A stretch of DNA of 64,000 nucleotides from an uncultured Mycoplasmatota bacterium (GCA_900549285.1 URNW01000001.1:32252-96251); one strand, 5' to 3'. Counted from the stretch's first letter, positions 46,873-57,927 are shown. The notes: a model not told the origin generated them from the letters alone. Translations and numbers: made by a program.

Positions 46873-46925
46873 AAAAGTGGCTATAATCTTATAATCTTAT
46901 AAACCACTTTTTATTTTATCTTTAT
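46873..46925. terminator. Bidirectional terminator between holA and rnhC.
   Basis: AAAGTGG / CCACTTT stem with a 23-nt loop containing tandem ATAATCTT x2. T-runs on both sides. Confidence 0.45.
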
Positions 46926-47823
46926 TTTTAAAATTCATTTTAGCAATATCATACAATTTATTAAACCCATATTTTTTTACGATATCTATACCGACTAAGT
47001 CTACGTTTGATCCAGCCCCTTTCGGAATAATAATTCCCAATGTTTGGCTTAATTTCTCCATTTCTCCTAAGAAAATATATCTAGAAATAATGGAAGCAGC
47101 TGCTACGGATAGACATTTATCCTCAGCTTTAGTTGTAAAAGTAATGTCAGTAACTTTTTCTTTAGCACTTTTAATATGCTCATAATATTTAGCAGGGTAA
47201 ACAAATTGATCAACAACTATTTTTTCATAAGGAAACCCTTTGTTTTTCATGTTTACTAATACTTTATTATGCAAAATAGCTTTGATTTTGTTCATATTAA
47301 GATCTTCACTCCAATTTTTATTATAAGAAGTGTTTGTTAAAATATAGGTAGAATAAGGTATTTTTTTTATAATGGTAGGAGCGATTTTCTTAATTTTCTC
47401 ATCTGTGATTTTTTTTGAATCTCGAACACCTAGATCAATTAAAAAGGGGATATCCTCACGTGAAACATAGGCAGCAGTTACAACAATAGGTCCAAAAAAA
47501 TCACCAGTACCGACCTCATCAGAACCGATAGTGCTTTCATTAAACAAAACGCGCTTTTCTTTTTCCCTTTTCTTCTCAGTTCCATCTGGATTAATAATTC
47601 TTCCGTTTTTAATTCTTTCTTCTTCAATCCAATAACTAGCTTCTATGTCTGCACCAATACCTTGAAACATGACTTTTCCAGATTCATAAAGAGTAATTAC
47701 ACAATCAAATTCTTTCACTTGAAAAACAGAATAAGGGGGCTTATTAGGAAGCATGCGATCTTTATAAAATTCAAGCATTAATGGTTTAATATTATCGCTT
47801 ATTTTAAAAACTATTGTCATCAT
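46897..47823 (-). CDS. rnhC: Ribonuclease HIII.
   Basis: N-terminal DUF3378-like domain plus RNase HII-like core (DEVGTGDFFGPIVV). Confidence 0.85.
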   Translation of the reverse strand: MMTIVFKISDNIKPLMLEFYKDRMLPNKPPYSVFQVKEFDCVITLYESGKVMFQGIGADIEASYWIEEERIKNGRIINPDGTEKKREKEKRVLFNESTIGSDEVGTGDFFGPIVVTAAYVSREDIPFLIDLGVRDSKKITDEKIKKIAPTIIKKIPYSTYILTNTSYNKNWSEDLNMNKIKAILHNKVLVNMKNKGFPYEKIVVDQFVYPAKYYEHIKSAKEKVTDITFTTKAEDKCLSVAAASIISRYIFLGEMEKLSQTLGIIIPKGAGSNVDLVGIDIVKKYGFNKLYDIAKMNFKNKDKIKSGL

Positions 47824-47906
47824 TTACACCTCATAATTCTATAATATCATATATTTCTTTATTTTTCAAAAAGTTTAGTATATAATTATAATGAGGAGTT
47901 GATGAA

Positions 47907-48629
47907 ATGACAATTGTAGATGCAGTTGTAATATTATTTCTATTATTAGGAGCAGTATTAGGATTTAAAAAAGGAGCAATAAGAAGTCTAGTAGGACTAG
48001 TAGGCACAATCGCTGTGGTAGTAATTGCATATTATTTAAAAAATCCAGTAGCAGATATTTTATATAATTTTGTTCCATTCTTTGATTTCAGTGGTAGCTG
48101 GCAAGGACTAGTAACATTAAATATTTTATTATATGAAAGCATAGCCTATATATTAGTATTTGTAATTTTATATAGTATTTTATCATTGATTTTAAAGTTG
48201 ACAGGAATACTGGAAAAATTTTTAACAATGACTATTATTTTAGGAATACCATCTAAGATCATTGGAGCAGTACTAGGCTTTTTAGAAGCAGTTGTCTTTA
48301 GTTTTATTATTCTTTTTGTATTATTACAATTTAATATTAGTCATTCTTGGGTAAAAGAAAGTACTGTGGCAATGAGTATTTTAGATAAAACCCCAATAAT
48401 TGGTTCAATGGTAAATGAAACTTATGATGCAATTTTAGAAATTAGTGATTTACAAGAAAAATATAAAGAATCTGAGGATAAAGATGCTTATAATGGAGAA
48501 ATTTTAAGTATTATGTTAAAATATCATGTAGTTACACCAGAAACGACTAAAAAATTAATAGAAAAAGAAAAATTAAATTTTGAAGGAGCACAAACCATTT
48601 TAGATACATTTGAAGGAGGAAATAAATAA
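47907..48629 (+). CDS. cvpA: CvpA-family membrane protein.
   Basis: Four TM segments. Conserved rnhC-adjacent location. Confidence 0.7.
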   Translation: MTIVDAVVILFLLLGAVLGFKKGAIRSLVGLVGTIAVVVIAYYLKNPVADILYNFVPFFDFSGSWQGLVTLNILLYESIAYILVFVILYSILSLILKLTGILEKFLTMTIILGIPSKIIGAVLGFLEAVVFSFIILFVLLQFNISHSWVKESTVAMSILDKTPIIGSMVNETYDAILEISDLQEKYKESEDKDAYNGEILSIMLKYHVVTPETTKKLIEKEKLNFEGAQTILDTFEGGNK

Positions 48630-48925
48630 TGATTAAATATTTAGAAAATGAGAATTTAAACGAAGTAATTAAAAAGGGAACATGGATAGTTGATTTTTAT
48701 GCTGACTGGTGTGGACCATGCAAAATGCTTGGAACAGTATTGGAAACAATGGATGAAAATATTTTAAAAATTAACGTTGATAAACACGAAGAGTTAGCAA
48801 CTTCTTACGGAGTAATGAGTATTCCAACAATTTGTTTTTTTAAAGATGGAGAATTAAAACAAAAAGTAATAGGATTTAGAAGTAAAGAAGAACTAATTGA
48901 TATTTTAAACCAAATAAAAAACTGA
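48629..48925 (+). CDS. trxA: Thioredoxin.
   Basis: WCGPC active site. Confidence 0.9.
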   Translation: MIKYLENENLNEVIKKGTWIVDFYADWCGPCKMLGTVLETMDENILKINVDKHEELATSYGVMSIPTICFFKDGELKQKVIGFRSKEELIDILNQIKN

Positions 48926-48942
48926 TTTCTCAGTTTTTTTCT
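48917..48942. terminator. Bidirectional terminator.
   Basis: AAAAACTGA-tttc-TCAGTTTTT. Confidence 0.55.
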
Positions 48943-49262
48943 TTTAATGCAATATTATTTAAAACTCTTAATTTAGCATAATAGCTTCCAATCAAAAAAA
49001 TAATAGAAGCAATAATAAGAGGAATAGCGATTAGCAAATTAGATAAAAGATCTTCTTTTTGAACTATAGAATAAATTATTAAAAATATACTAAATGAAAA
49101 CCCAACTACACTATAAATAATTAACCTAGCTATTCTTTTTTTAAATTCACTTCCTGCATATGCTTTTTGATACTTTTGAATAATTTTCTTCTTTTCTTCT
49201 TTATTTAACTGATTATAATAATAGTGTTTCATTTTTATCACCTTTAAAGTATATTTTATCAT
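48930..49262 (-). CDS. Small membrane protein.
   Basis: Two TM helices. Confidence 0.45.
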   Translation of the reverse strand: MIKYTLKVIKMKHYYYNQLNKEEKKKIIQKYQKAYAGSEFKKRIARLIIYSVVGFSFSIFLIIYSIVQKEDLLSNLLIAIPLIIASIIFLIGSYYAKLRVLNNIALKEKN

Positions 49263-49319
49263 ATAATTTATTAAATGAAAACAATTTACATAGAAACGTT
49301 TAATTGTTATAATTAAAGA

Positions 49320-49976
49320 GTGATTATTATGGAAAATAAAACGGAAAAAATTTCTTTATCAGAAATAGTTTGGTTATTTATAATAGGTTGCCTAGTTGGC
49401 TTTGTACTTGAAACTATTTTTCACTTTTTTAAAAATGGTGAATGGATTAATAAACAAGGGTTGTTATATGGCCCATTTAAACCAATTTATGGGTTTGGAC
49501 TAATTTTTATTGTTTTAATAATGAATAATTATCGTGAAAAAAAGTTTTGGCAAAAGTTTTTAATAGGGGTTATATTAGGAAGTGCTTTTGAATATTTTGG
49601 CAGTCTATTTCAAGAATACGTTTTTGGTACATCAACATGGAATTATTCTCATTTCAACTTTAATATTGGTGGTAGAATTTATTTGCCATATTGCTTAGCT
49701 TGGGGTGTAATTGCAGTTTTCTGTGTAGATATATTATATCCTTGGTTTAAAAAGATCATCAAGAAAGTGAATGTTAATTTATATCAAATAACAACAGGAA
49801 TTGTGGCAATCTTTATGATAGTAAATGTTTCTCTAACTGCTTTGGCTTCTATTAGATATTCTGATAGAGCTAATAATACTACAGCAACAAATGCTATATT
49901 TAAAGTAATAGATGAATGGTATCCTGATGAATATATGCAAGTAAAATTTCCAAAAATGAAAGTGATAAAAGAATGA
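49320..49976 (+). CDS. DUF1113-type membrane protein, paralog of 36341-37108.
   Basis: Shares GP.IPIYG.G and EY..S motifs and hydropathy with the 36341 gene. Confidence 0.55.
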   Translation: MIIMENKTEKISLSEIVWLFIIGCLVGFVLETIFHFFKNGEWINKQGLLYGPFKPIYGFGLIFIVLIMNNYREKKFWQKFLIGVILGSAFEYFGSLFQEYVFGTSTWNYSHFNFNIGGRIYLPYCLAWGVIAVFCVDILYPWFKKIIKKVNVNLYQITTGIVAIFMIVNVSLTALASIRYSDRANNTTATNAIFKVIDEWYPDEYMQVKFPKMKVIKE

Positions 49977-50069
49977 AAAATAAAAAATATGATAAAAAAA
50001 TGAAAAAATAATGAAATTAGTCTTGCATATTAAAAAATTTATGATATAATTAAATAGCATTTAATTGAT

Positions 50070-50145
50070 GTCTCCTTAGCTCAGCTGGTAGAGCAACTGA
50101 CTCTTAATCAGTGGGTCTAGGGTTCGAATCCCTAAGGGGACACCA
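50070..50145 (+). tRNA. tRNA-Lys (anticodon CTT).
   Basis: 76-nt cloverleaf with CCA end. Anticodon loop CTCTTAA. Confidence 0.8.
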
Positions 50146-50167
50146 TAAATGGGTTTATGTAAAAGAT

Positions 50168-50244
<77 letters not shown>

Positions 50245-50250
50245 TTTTTT

Positions 50251-50327
50251 GGTCAGTTGGTGAAGCGGCTTAACACACTGCCCTTTCACGGCAGCATACA
50301 CGGGTTCGAATCCCGTACTGATCACCA
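50251..50327 (+). tRNA. tRNA-Glu (anticodon TTC).
   Basis: Cloverleaf with anticodon loop CTTTCAC. TTCGAATCC T-loop. CCA-encoded. Confidence 0.85.
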
Positions 50328-50341
50328 TAAATTGCTAGAAA

Positions 50342-50370
50342 GGCCCGTATTTACGGGCTTTTATTATGCT
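50342..50370 (+). terminator. Terminator of the tRNA cluster.
   Basis: GCCCGTA...TACGGGC hairpin followed by TTTTATT. Confidence 0.6.
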
Positions 50371-50522
50371 TGAAAATTAGATTAAAATAGCTTTTTTAAT
50401 TAAAAATGATTTAAAAAATGATAAATCATAAATATAGGCTGTACTAATTTGATATCTTTGCTGTTCATAGAAAATAATTGTACTCTTACCTATATTTAAT
50501 AAATCTGCCAATTTCTTTTTCC

Positions 50523-50790
50523 TTAAATTAAGTCTTGTCTTATGTTTTTTAATATTTTTATTTCAGAATTTAATCCAATAGCTTTATTGCTCTTTTCTAA
50601 ATCTGTAAATGCAAGCAAGGAGTCAACTGTAATCCTATAGAAATTAGCTAATTTAATTAAGTTATTTAATGGAATTAGGCAATCATTAGTTTCATAATAA
50701 GAATATAAGGATCTTTTTATATTAATTATATCCAAAATAATTACGTATATTTTTTAATGAACCGCCGATATTAGTATTTGTTCTCATCAT
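50523..50790 (-). pseudogene. Frameshifted XRE/cI-like HTH repressor.
   Basis: N-terminal frame MMRTNTNIGGSLKNIRNYFGYN* (RBS GAGGA) reads into a second frame ...IKRSLYSYYETNDCLIPLNNLIKLANFYRITVDSLLAFTD. Together they resemble a complete XRE HTH domain. Confidence 0.45.
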
Positions 50791-51338
50791 AACCATTTCC
50801 TCTAATTATAATTTTACTTTTTTGTAAAAATATTTGAGTTTTTTGACGTTGGCACCGACTCTTGTGGTATAATAAGATTAATCAAGATTAAAAATTTAAC
50901 TCTATACCATAAATTTGTGTATCTTGATTGGGTTAGTATAAGAATAAAAAACAAACTACTCTTTTTAAATGCTTTTAAAATAAACACAAGCAAGTTCAAT
51001 TAGTTATTTTAATAATATTTTCATATACGAATATAGATGGAGTAGTAGAATTAGGATATACAATCTTTATACAAAATAATTATGTAACAAGTATTTTTGA
51101 TAATACAAATGAAGTTGATTTACCAGATTTGACAAATGAAATTAGTACATTAAAACTTATAATAAGATTGTTTACAAATATTTAACAAAAGAATTTTATG
51201 AATTTACTGAACAGACTAGTATAGATACTTCTGGTGCAATTCAAAAAAATTATAATATAAAAAAAGTATAATGTAAAAATATATTGGCGCAGCGAATTCT
51301 GAATATTTAGAATTTTCTTTAATTATAATGGAGGAAGT

Positions 51339-51605
51339 ATGAATCGAATTAAAATTATAAAAATAATGATATGGCTTGCTTTGATTATATTTATAATATT
51401 TATATTATATTTAATGTTTGTAGAACCTTATACAAAAAATGGAAACCATATGATAACAATGGAAGAGTGCCAAGAAACTTATAACTGTGACTGTACATAT
51501 GATAATGGTAAAACCTGTTTATGCACTTTAAAAAAGTGGCTTATAGAAAAGGAGTATTCTTGTAGTAGAGAAATAATTGAGGATAGCCAAATTATAAAAG
51601 AATAA
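51339..51605 (+). CDS. Small Cys-rich membrane-anchored protein (88 aa).
   Basis: RBS GGAGGAAG. N-terminal TM. Eight Cys in the C-terminal half. Confidence 0.3.
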   Translation: MNRIKIIKIMIWLALIIFIIFILYLMFVEPYTKNGNHMITMEECQETYNCDCTYDNGKTCLCTLKKWLIEKEYSCSREIIEDSQIIKE

Positions 51606-51619
51606 ACTTAATTCCATAA

Positions 51620-51954
51620 CCGAAAACTGAAAAAGGTAAAAAGGGAAAACTAATCCCACAACTTTGCGTAAACATAATACTTGATGTTATTAAATATTGT
51701 GAACAAGAAGTGAAATTATTAAAAGAAAAGTATGGAAATGATATTCAAATTGTTCCAAATTTATTTTTGGGAAAATATGGTGAATACATGTTTCCAGACA
51801 CCTTAACACATAATTTGGGTAAATTTAAAGAAAACATAAAGAAGAACTAACAAAGATAATTGGAAGCAAAAACATAACTTTACATGGATTACGTCATAGT
51901 TTTTGCAACGTATTTCTAATAAGCGTGAAATCGGAGGTTCGAATCCCGTACTGA
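51620..51954 (+). pseudogene. Tyrosine recombinase (phage integrase) C-terminal remnant, frameshifted and truncated.
   Basis: ...KNITLHGLRHSFCNVFL matches the integrase box II (HxLRH). There is no start codon. The frame switches at about 51848. The reading frame runs into the tRNA-like repeat and stops before the catalytic Tyr region. Confidence 0.5.
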
Positions 51955-51967
51955 TCATCATAAATTG
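51921..51967 (+). repeat. Chimeric partial tRNA 3'-half: candidate att site of the element.
   Basis: ATAAGCGTGAAATCGGAGG resembles the tRNA-Ile anticodon-3' half. TTCGAATCCCGTACTGATCAtCATAAATTG is the tRNA-Glu T-loop, acceptor 3' strand and 3' trailer. It cannot fold as a tRNA. A hairpin AGCTCT-aatttt-AGAGCT plus T-run follows at 51975-51998. Confidence 0.6.
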
Positions 51968-52248
51968 TAATAGAAGCTCTAATTTTAGAGCTTTTTTAAT
52001 TGTTTCACGTTAATATAAATTTGAAGCAAGTTTATTTTAGTGCAACGAAAGCCACTATTAATCCTCAAACAATTTATCTTAAAAGTTTAAAAATAATAAT
52101 ATGCAATCTGAAAAATCAATGTTATACCATTACAATTTTGCAAAATAACTTTTTTAAATTATGTAAATTTAGATAATGTGTCTTCTTATATAAATGCAGA
52201 AATTGAGTATGCGATAATAAAGGAAGAGTTTATAGTCAAAGAAAAAGC

Positions 52249-53211
52249 TTACTTATTTAAAATGAAGTAAGCGTAATATTCATCAAAAGTAATGTTATGT
52301 TCATAAATATAAGTGGCAGCATCAACCCCAACATAACGCCAGTGCCAAGCTTCCTCTTTAAATCCAGTAATATCTTCCGTATCTTTTTGGTAGCGTTGAA
52401 TAAAGCCATATTTATGAGCATTTTCAGTAAGCCAATTATAAGCAGGGGAATCTTTAAAATTAGAAGTTGTAGTATTTTCTTTACTAAAAATATCCAAAGA
52501 TAAACCTGTTTGATGTTCAGAATAACCAGGACGAGCAGCAATAGAATCGGCATAAGTAGTTCCTTGTGAATCTTTATAACCATCATATACTTTTTGTTGT
52601 TCTTGAAAGGTTCGATAACTAGAATTAATAATCAAATAAATACCAGCTTGATTAGCTTGATTCCACATATCAATAAAAGCATCATAAGCAATTTTACGAA
52701 TTTTATGTCCTTCCCCATAATAATATTTATTATTAATATTAACCAAATCATCTGGTTCATAAGAAGAATTCAAATGATAATATTTATTAACAAGCATTAA
52801 ATAATCCTGATTCACATCTGTATCTAAATCATGAGTATAATATTCATAATCATTATTTGTATTAACAAAAGATACAACCTGTCGAGCACTTTTGCCTTCG
52901 TTTTCATTGTGATAATGAATATAACGATCTAAATTATTTTGAATAAAATAATCATCTTTTAAAATCTCAATTAAAAATTCATCTTTTTCTTTTTGAGCAA
53001 TATCAGTTATTTCTTCTTCATCTAATTTTTGCTCTAACAGTTTTATTTCTTCTTTTTGATATCCTGCCTCTAATAACTTATACATATTTGTCTTTTTATA
53101 TTGTGCATTATGATAAAACTGTATACCTATAAAAATAATAAGAGCCAAAAAGGCAATTCCTCCTAAAAAAATCCAGACATTCTTTTTTAGCTTTAGCTTT
53201 GTTTTTTTCAT
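52249..53211 (-). CDS. VanY-like (M15B) D-alanyl-D-alanine carboxypeptidase, membrane anchored.
   Basis: SxHxxGxAxD-like motif (YSEHQTGLSLDI). N-terminal TM. Likely start is the ATG at 53211 (RBS GGTGAGGA). Confidence 0.75.
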   Translation of the reverse strand: MKKTKLKLKKNVWIFLGGIAFLALIIFIGIQFYHNAQYKKTNMYKLLEAGYQKEEIKLLEQKLDEEEITDIAQKEKDEFLIEILKDDYFIQNNLDRYIHYHNENEGKSARQVVSFVNTNNDYEYYTHDLDTDVNQDYLMLVNKYYHLNSSYEPDDLVNINNKYYYGEGHKIRKIAYDAFIDMWNQANQAGIYLIINSSYRTFQEQQKVYDGYKDSQGTTYADSIAARPGYSEHQTGLSLDIFSKENTTTSNFKDSPAYNWLTENAHKYGFIQRYQKDTEDITGFKEEAWHWRYVGVDAATYIYEHNITFDEYYAYFILNK

Positions 53212-53303
53212 ATCCTCACCCAATAATATTATAACGAAGTTTTTTTTGTTTGACAAATCTATTTTTTCATTGTAATATGTAATTGTAAAGTAAATAGTAA
53301 AGG

Positions 53304-53669
53304 ATGATAAAATTGAAAAATAATAAGCTAATATTAAATTATTGTAAAAATTTTGAGCGAATAGTAAATACCGATTTTTTAGAAGGAGACACCTTATCTA
53401 TTCAATTAGTTAGAATATATAAAGACTTTATTTTTAATATTGAATTAACAGAACAAGAAATACAAAAAGCAATAGAAATTGATAAAATAATGGGAAGATA
53501 CATTGATGACTATTTATTTAGAAAAACCTTAAAGCAAGAATTAACCAAAGTAAAAGTCAAAAAAAGTTGTAGTGATATCATCAAAACAATTGTCGAAAAC
53601 ATTATTGAAATCTTTCATAGAGTAGAATTTGAGCAAACAAGAAAAATATATATATCAAAATGGATTTAA
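53304..53669 (+). CDS. Hypothetical protein (121 aa).
   Basis: ORF only. Confidence 0.4.
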   Translation: MIKLKNNKLILNYCKNFERIVNTDFLEGDTLSIQLVRIYKDFIFNIELTEQEIQKAIEIDKIMGRYIDDYLFRKTLKQELTKVKVKKSCSDIIKTIVENIIEIFHRVEFEQTRKIYISKWI

Positions 53670-53744
53670 TAAACACAAACGTGTTTATTTTTTATAGAGT
53701 TTTTGTTATAATGAAGAAGAAAAAATAAAAAGAAGAGTGATCCA

Positions 53745-54392
53745 ATGAATTTTTTAGACAAATATAATATTAAAATAACTGATAAAGATTTGATGAATAC
53801 AGCTCTAACTCATAGCAGTTACTCTAATGAACATGGAGGAGAAAATTATGAACGATTAGAGTTTTTAGGAGATGCAGTTTTACAATTAATTACCAGTGAA
53901 TATTTTTATAAAAAATACGACTATCAAGAAGGAGAATTATCTAAAATTAGAGCTAGTTTTGTATGTGAAGAAGCTTTAGCTCAATATGCAAAAGATGTGG
54001 GAATTGATAAATACATCAAAGTAGGGAATGGTCAAATAAAAAATATAAATGATACTATTATAGCTGATACTTTTGAATCAGTATTAGGAGCAATTTATTT
54101 AGATCAAGGCTTTGAAACAGCTAAAAAGTATGCTCTACAAGTATTAAGTCCATATGTATTAGAACATCATGTTTTTTTAGGGGACTATAAATCTAGATTA
54201 CAAGAGATGGTTCAAACAGATAAAAAGTCATTAGAATATCGTCTAATAAGTGAAACAGGACCATCTCATAATAAAACTTTTGTATTTGAAGTAGTAATTG
54301 ATGGCATTGTATATGGAAAAGGTAGCGGAAAAAGTAAAAAAGAAGCGGAACAAAAAGCTGCCTATGATGCCTTAAAAAAGGAAGCAAAATAG
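53745..54392 (+). CDS. rnc: Ribonuclease III.
   Basis: ERLEFLGDAVL signature plus a C-terminal dsRBD. Confidence 0.9.
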   Translation: MNFLDKYNIKITDKDLMNTALTHSSYSNEHGGENYERLEFLGDAVLQLITSEYFYKKYDYQEGELSKIRASFVCEEALAQYAKDVGIDKYIKVGNGQIKNINDTIIADTFESVLGAIYLDQGFETAKKYALQVLSPYVLEHHVFLGDYKSRLQEMVQTDKKSLEYRLISETGPSHNKTFVFEVVIDGIVYGKGSGKSKKEAEQKAAYDALKKEAK

Positions 54393-54405
54393 GTAAGGTG
54401 AAAAC

Positions 54406-57351
54406 ATGCGTTTAAAAAATATTAGAGCCTACGGTTTTAAATCTTTTGCAGATAAAATAGATTTAGAAATAAAATCAGGAATTACAGCAATTGTCGGACC
54501 AAATGGCTCAGGAAAAAGTAATATCGTAGATGCAGTTCGTTGGGTATTAGGAGAGCAGTCAGTTAAATCGCTTAGAGGAACTGATACCATGAGTGATTGC
54601 ATTTTTTCAGGTTCTAAAACAAGACCACCCCACAATAGAGCCTATGTTTCGTTAGTTTTTGATAATTCTGATCATTACTTAAATAGTGATTTTAGTGAAA
54701 TAGAGGTAAAAAGAGTAATTTATAACACTGGAGAAAATGAATATTATATAAATAATAGCAAAGTTCGCTTAAAAGATATTACTGATCTATTTTTAGATAC
54801 AGGAGCAGGAAATGACTCATTTAATATTATTTCTCAAGGAAGTGTAGCTGATATCATTAGTAGCAAACCAGAAGCAAGACGTACAATATTTGAAGATGCT
54901 GCAGGAGTACTAAAATATAAAAAGAGAAAAGAAATTAGTTTAAAGAAATTAGAAAAAACGAAAGAGAATATTTCCAAAATAAAATTAGTAATTGAAGAGT
55001 TAGAAAAAAGTGTAAAGCCACTAAAAAGACAAAGTGAGATAGCTAAAAAATATATAAATTTCAAAGAAGAACTAAAAAATGTTGAAATTGCCTTGATTGC
55101 AAATGATATAGAAAAAATTAATATTGACTATAAAAAAATCAAAATAGAAGTAGAAAATTTACAAAAAGAACTTGCAAAAATGACTACAACAGGAGCGGAA
55201 GATTCTTCTAAATTAGAGAAATTAAAATTAGATAATCTTAAATTAGAAGAAAAAATAACCCAAAAAAATAATGAATTTTTATCTTTAACTGAAAATTTAG
55301 CTAGTTTAGAGGCTGAAAAATTGGTTACCATGGAACGAAAAAAATACAATACAGATAAAAACAATTTAGAAGAGGCTATGATAAAACTAAAAGAAGAAGA
55401 ATTAGCTTTAAAAAAAGAATTAACTACTGAAAAGTCAAAATTAGATGATATCATTTCTGATATAAAAGAAAAATCAATTGAAAAAGACAAAATAGATAAT
55501 AACTTAATAATGGAAAAAGTGAAAAAAAATAATTTAGTTTCTAAAATAAATGATTATTCAAAAGAAATATTAGTTTTAGAAAATAAAATTGAAATATTAA
55601 AAGAAAATATCAGTAATAATTCTAAACTACCTAATGCTGTACGAAGTGTTTTAAATAATATGCGTTTAAAAGGAGTTCATAATATCATTGGGAATCTAAT
55701 TGAAACAGAAAACATGTATGAATTAGCAATCACAACAGCCTTAGGAAATGCTTCTAGTTTTTTAGTAGTAGAAAATGAATCATCCAGCAAAGAATGTATT
55801 AGCTTTTTAAAAGAGAATCATTTAGGAAGAGCAACTTTCTTTCCTCTAAATATTATCAAAGCAAGAGATATTCCTAATAGTGATCTAATAAAAATTAAAG
55901 ACATTCCAGGTCTAATAGATATAGCTAGCAATTTAGTAACATACGATCCAGAATATGATAATATAATAAAAAATCAATTGGGAAATGTTATCGTCGTAAA
56001 AGATATTGATACATTAAACCAAGTTGGAAAGACATTAGATTACCATTATAAAATTGTTTCTTTAGAAGGCGAAGTATTATATCCAGGTGGTTCTATAACA
56101 GGGGGATCAATTAAAACTACTAATAATAGTTTTAATGATAAACTAAAATTAAGCGAATTAGAAGAAAAATTAGAACTAACCAAAATACAATTAAGTAATT
56201 TAAATATAGAATATCAAGAATTTAACGAAAGTTTTAATAATTTAGAACAAAAAAACAGCGATTTATCCAAAAATTTAATTAATTTAAACGAAATTTTAAA
56301 TACTCGAACAAATAAAGTGCGTTCTATAGAAGATAATTTAGCTAAAAAAGAATTAGAAATTAAGGGAAACGAAGAAATTAGTACAAACAAATTAGATCAG
56401 AAATTAGTAAGTATCTTAGAAGAATCAAGCTTTGTAGCTAGTAAAAAAGATATAGTAAATGAAGAACTAAATAAATTAAAAAAGCAAAAATCAGAATTAG
56501 TATTACAAATAAATGAAATAGAAAGTCAAAATCATAAGACAAATTCAGAATATAATCATCTTCAGAATAATTTAAAAGAAAAGGAAGTAATACTTGGTAA
56601 ATATGATGTTAAATTAGATAATTTACTATTAAATTTATCAGAGAGTTATTCAATAACTTATGAATATGCTTGCAACAATTATGAATTAGATATAAGTGAA
56701 GATATAGCAAGAAATAAAGTAGAAACTTTAAAAAAAGAAATTAACAATTTAGGCGAAGTAAATACAGGAGCTATTAGTGAATATGAAAGAGTAAACGAAA
56801 GATACGAATTTTTAATGAAACAAATAAAAGATTTAGAAGACTCTAGTTTAGAATTAAATAATATTATCACAGAGATGGATAAAATCATGATTGAAAAATT
56901 CAAAGTAACATTTGATCTAATAAGTAAAGAATTTAATCATGTGTTTAGAGCACTATTTAAAGGGGGAAGGGGAACTCTTAAATTAACAGATCCAAATGAT
57001 TTATTAAATACAGGAATTGAAATAGAAGCAGAGCCACCAGGCAAGAAATTAAATTCGATTGGTCTTTTATCAGGTGGAGAAAAAACATTAACAGCGATAG
57101 CAGTTTTATTTGCAATATTAAATGTTAAACCAAGTCCATTTTGTATATTAGACGAAGTAGAAGCTGCATTAGATGAAGCCAATGTAGATACTTTTGGTAA
57201 ATACTTGCAAGAAAGAAAAAATCAAAGTCAGTTTATTTTAATTACCCATAAAAAAAGAACTATGGAATATGCTGATATTTTATATGGTATTACTATGCAA
57301 GAATCAGGAGTAAGTAAAATTGTTAGTGTTAATTTAGAAGAAAACATTTAA
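54406..57351 (+). CDS. smc: Chromosome partition protein SMC, compact (981 aa).
   Basis: Walker A GPNGSGKSN. Long coiled coils. Hinge. C-terminal LSGGEK signature and DEVEAALD. Confidence 0.9.
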   Translation: MRLKNIRAYGFKSFADKIDLEIKSGITAIVGPNGSGKSNIVDAVRWVLGEQSVKSLRGTDTMSDCIFSGSKTRPPHNRAYVSLVFDNSDHYLNSDFSEIEVKRVIYNTGENEYYINNSKVRLKDITDLFLDTGAGNDSFNIISQGSVADIISSKPEARRTIFEDAAGVLKYKKRKEISLKKLEKTKENISKIKLVIEELEKSVKPLKRQSEIAKKYINFKEELKNVEIALIANDIEKINIDYKKIKIEVENLQKELAKMTTTGAEDSSKLEKLKLDNLKLEEKITQKNNEFLSLTENLASLEAEKLVTMERKKYNTDKNNLEEAMIKLKEEELALKKELTTEKSKLDDIISDIKEKSIEKDKIDNNLIMEKVKKNNLVSKINDYSKEILVLENKIEILKENISNNSKLPNAVRSVLNNMRLKGVHNIIGNLIETENMYELAITTALGNASSFLVVENESSSKECISFLKENHLGRATFFPLNIIKARDIPNSDLIKIKDIPGLIDIASNLVTYDPEYDNIIKNQLGNVIVVKDIDTLNQVGKTLDYHYKIVSLEGEVLYPGGSITGGSIKTTNNSFNDKLKLSELEEKLELTKIQLSNLNIEYQEFNESFNNLEQKNSDLSKNLINLNEILNTRTNKVRSIEDNLAKKELEIKGNEEISTNKLDQKLVSILEESSFVASKKDIVNEELNKLKKQKSELVLQINEIESQNHKTNSEYNHLQNNLKEKEVILGKYDVKLDNLLLNLSESYSITYEYACNNYELDISEDIARNKVETLKKEINNLGEVNTGAISEYERVNERYEFLMKQIKDLEDSSLELNNIITEMDKIMIEKFKVTFDLISKEFNHVFRALFKGGRGTLKLTDPNDLLNTGIEIEAEPPGKKLNSIGLLSGGEKTLTAIAVLFAILNVKPSPFCILDEVEAALDEANVDTFGKYLQERKNQSQFILITHKKRTMEYADILYGITMQESGVSKIVSVNLEENI

Positions 57352-57380
57352 AAAGAATAGTCGTAACTATTCTTTTTAAA
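57351..57380. terminator. Bidirectional terminator between smc and def.
   Basis: AAAAGAATAG-tcgtaa-CTATTCTTTTT. Confidence 0.55.
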
Positions 57381-57927
57381 TTTCTCGATATTTTTGAGCA
57401 TCTTTAAAAGGGTTCTTAGGATCAATTTTATCAATAAATAGAATTCCGTTTAAATGATCTATCTCATGTTGAAAAGCAATAGCAATATCCTCTCTTACAC
57501 GAACTCGAAAACTATTTCCATCTAAATCTTGAGCTTCAACAGTAATTCTTGCATATCTTGGCACAATTCCTTCCACTTCACGATTGATGCTCAAACATCC
57601 TTCACCTTCTCCTACATAAATCATCTCTTCACTATGACTAATGATTTTAGGGTTAATAATAATATAATTTTTGAAGGTTTCATCTTCCAATTCCTCTACA
57701 ATAACAAATATTCTTTTAGGAATTCCAATTTGAACATAGGCAAGTCCCATTCCAGCTCTTAAATCATATTTTTTAGCATACTCTTCAATTTGACTCATTG
57801 TTAAATAAGTAATCATATCTTGAACATTTTCTTTATCTTCTTTAGATAAAGGAAATGTTACCTCTTTGCTAACTTTTCTTAAACGTTTATCCACTTCATC
57901 TAAAATTTTAATATTTGGTAATTTCAT
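57376..57927 (-). CDS. def: Peptide deformylase.
   Basis: Motifs GVGLAA-like, EGCLS and HEIDHLNG. Confidence 0.9.
   Translation of the reverse strand: MKLPNIKILDEVDKRLRKVSKEVTFPLSKEDKENVQDMITYLTMSQIEEYAKKYDLRAGMGLAYVQIGIPKRIFVIVEELEDETFKNYIIINPKIISHSEEMIYVGEGEGCLSINREVEGIVPRYARITVEAQDLDGNSFRVRVREDIAIAFQHEIDHLNGILFIDKIDPKNPFKDAQKYREI

Larger units (their letters stand above)
50328..51967. mobile_element. Decayed integrative element (prophage or island remnant) inserted at the tRNA-Glu 3' end.
   Basis: Bounded by the tRNA-Glu 3' end and a 34-nt direct repeat of the tRNA-Glu T-loop-to-trailer sequence at 51934-51967 (1 mismatch). Contains a frameshifted XRE repressor, several start-less ORF fragments, and a frameshifted, truncated tyrosine-integrase C-terminus. 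Confidence 0.5.
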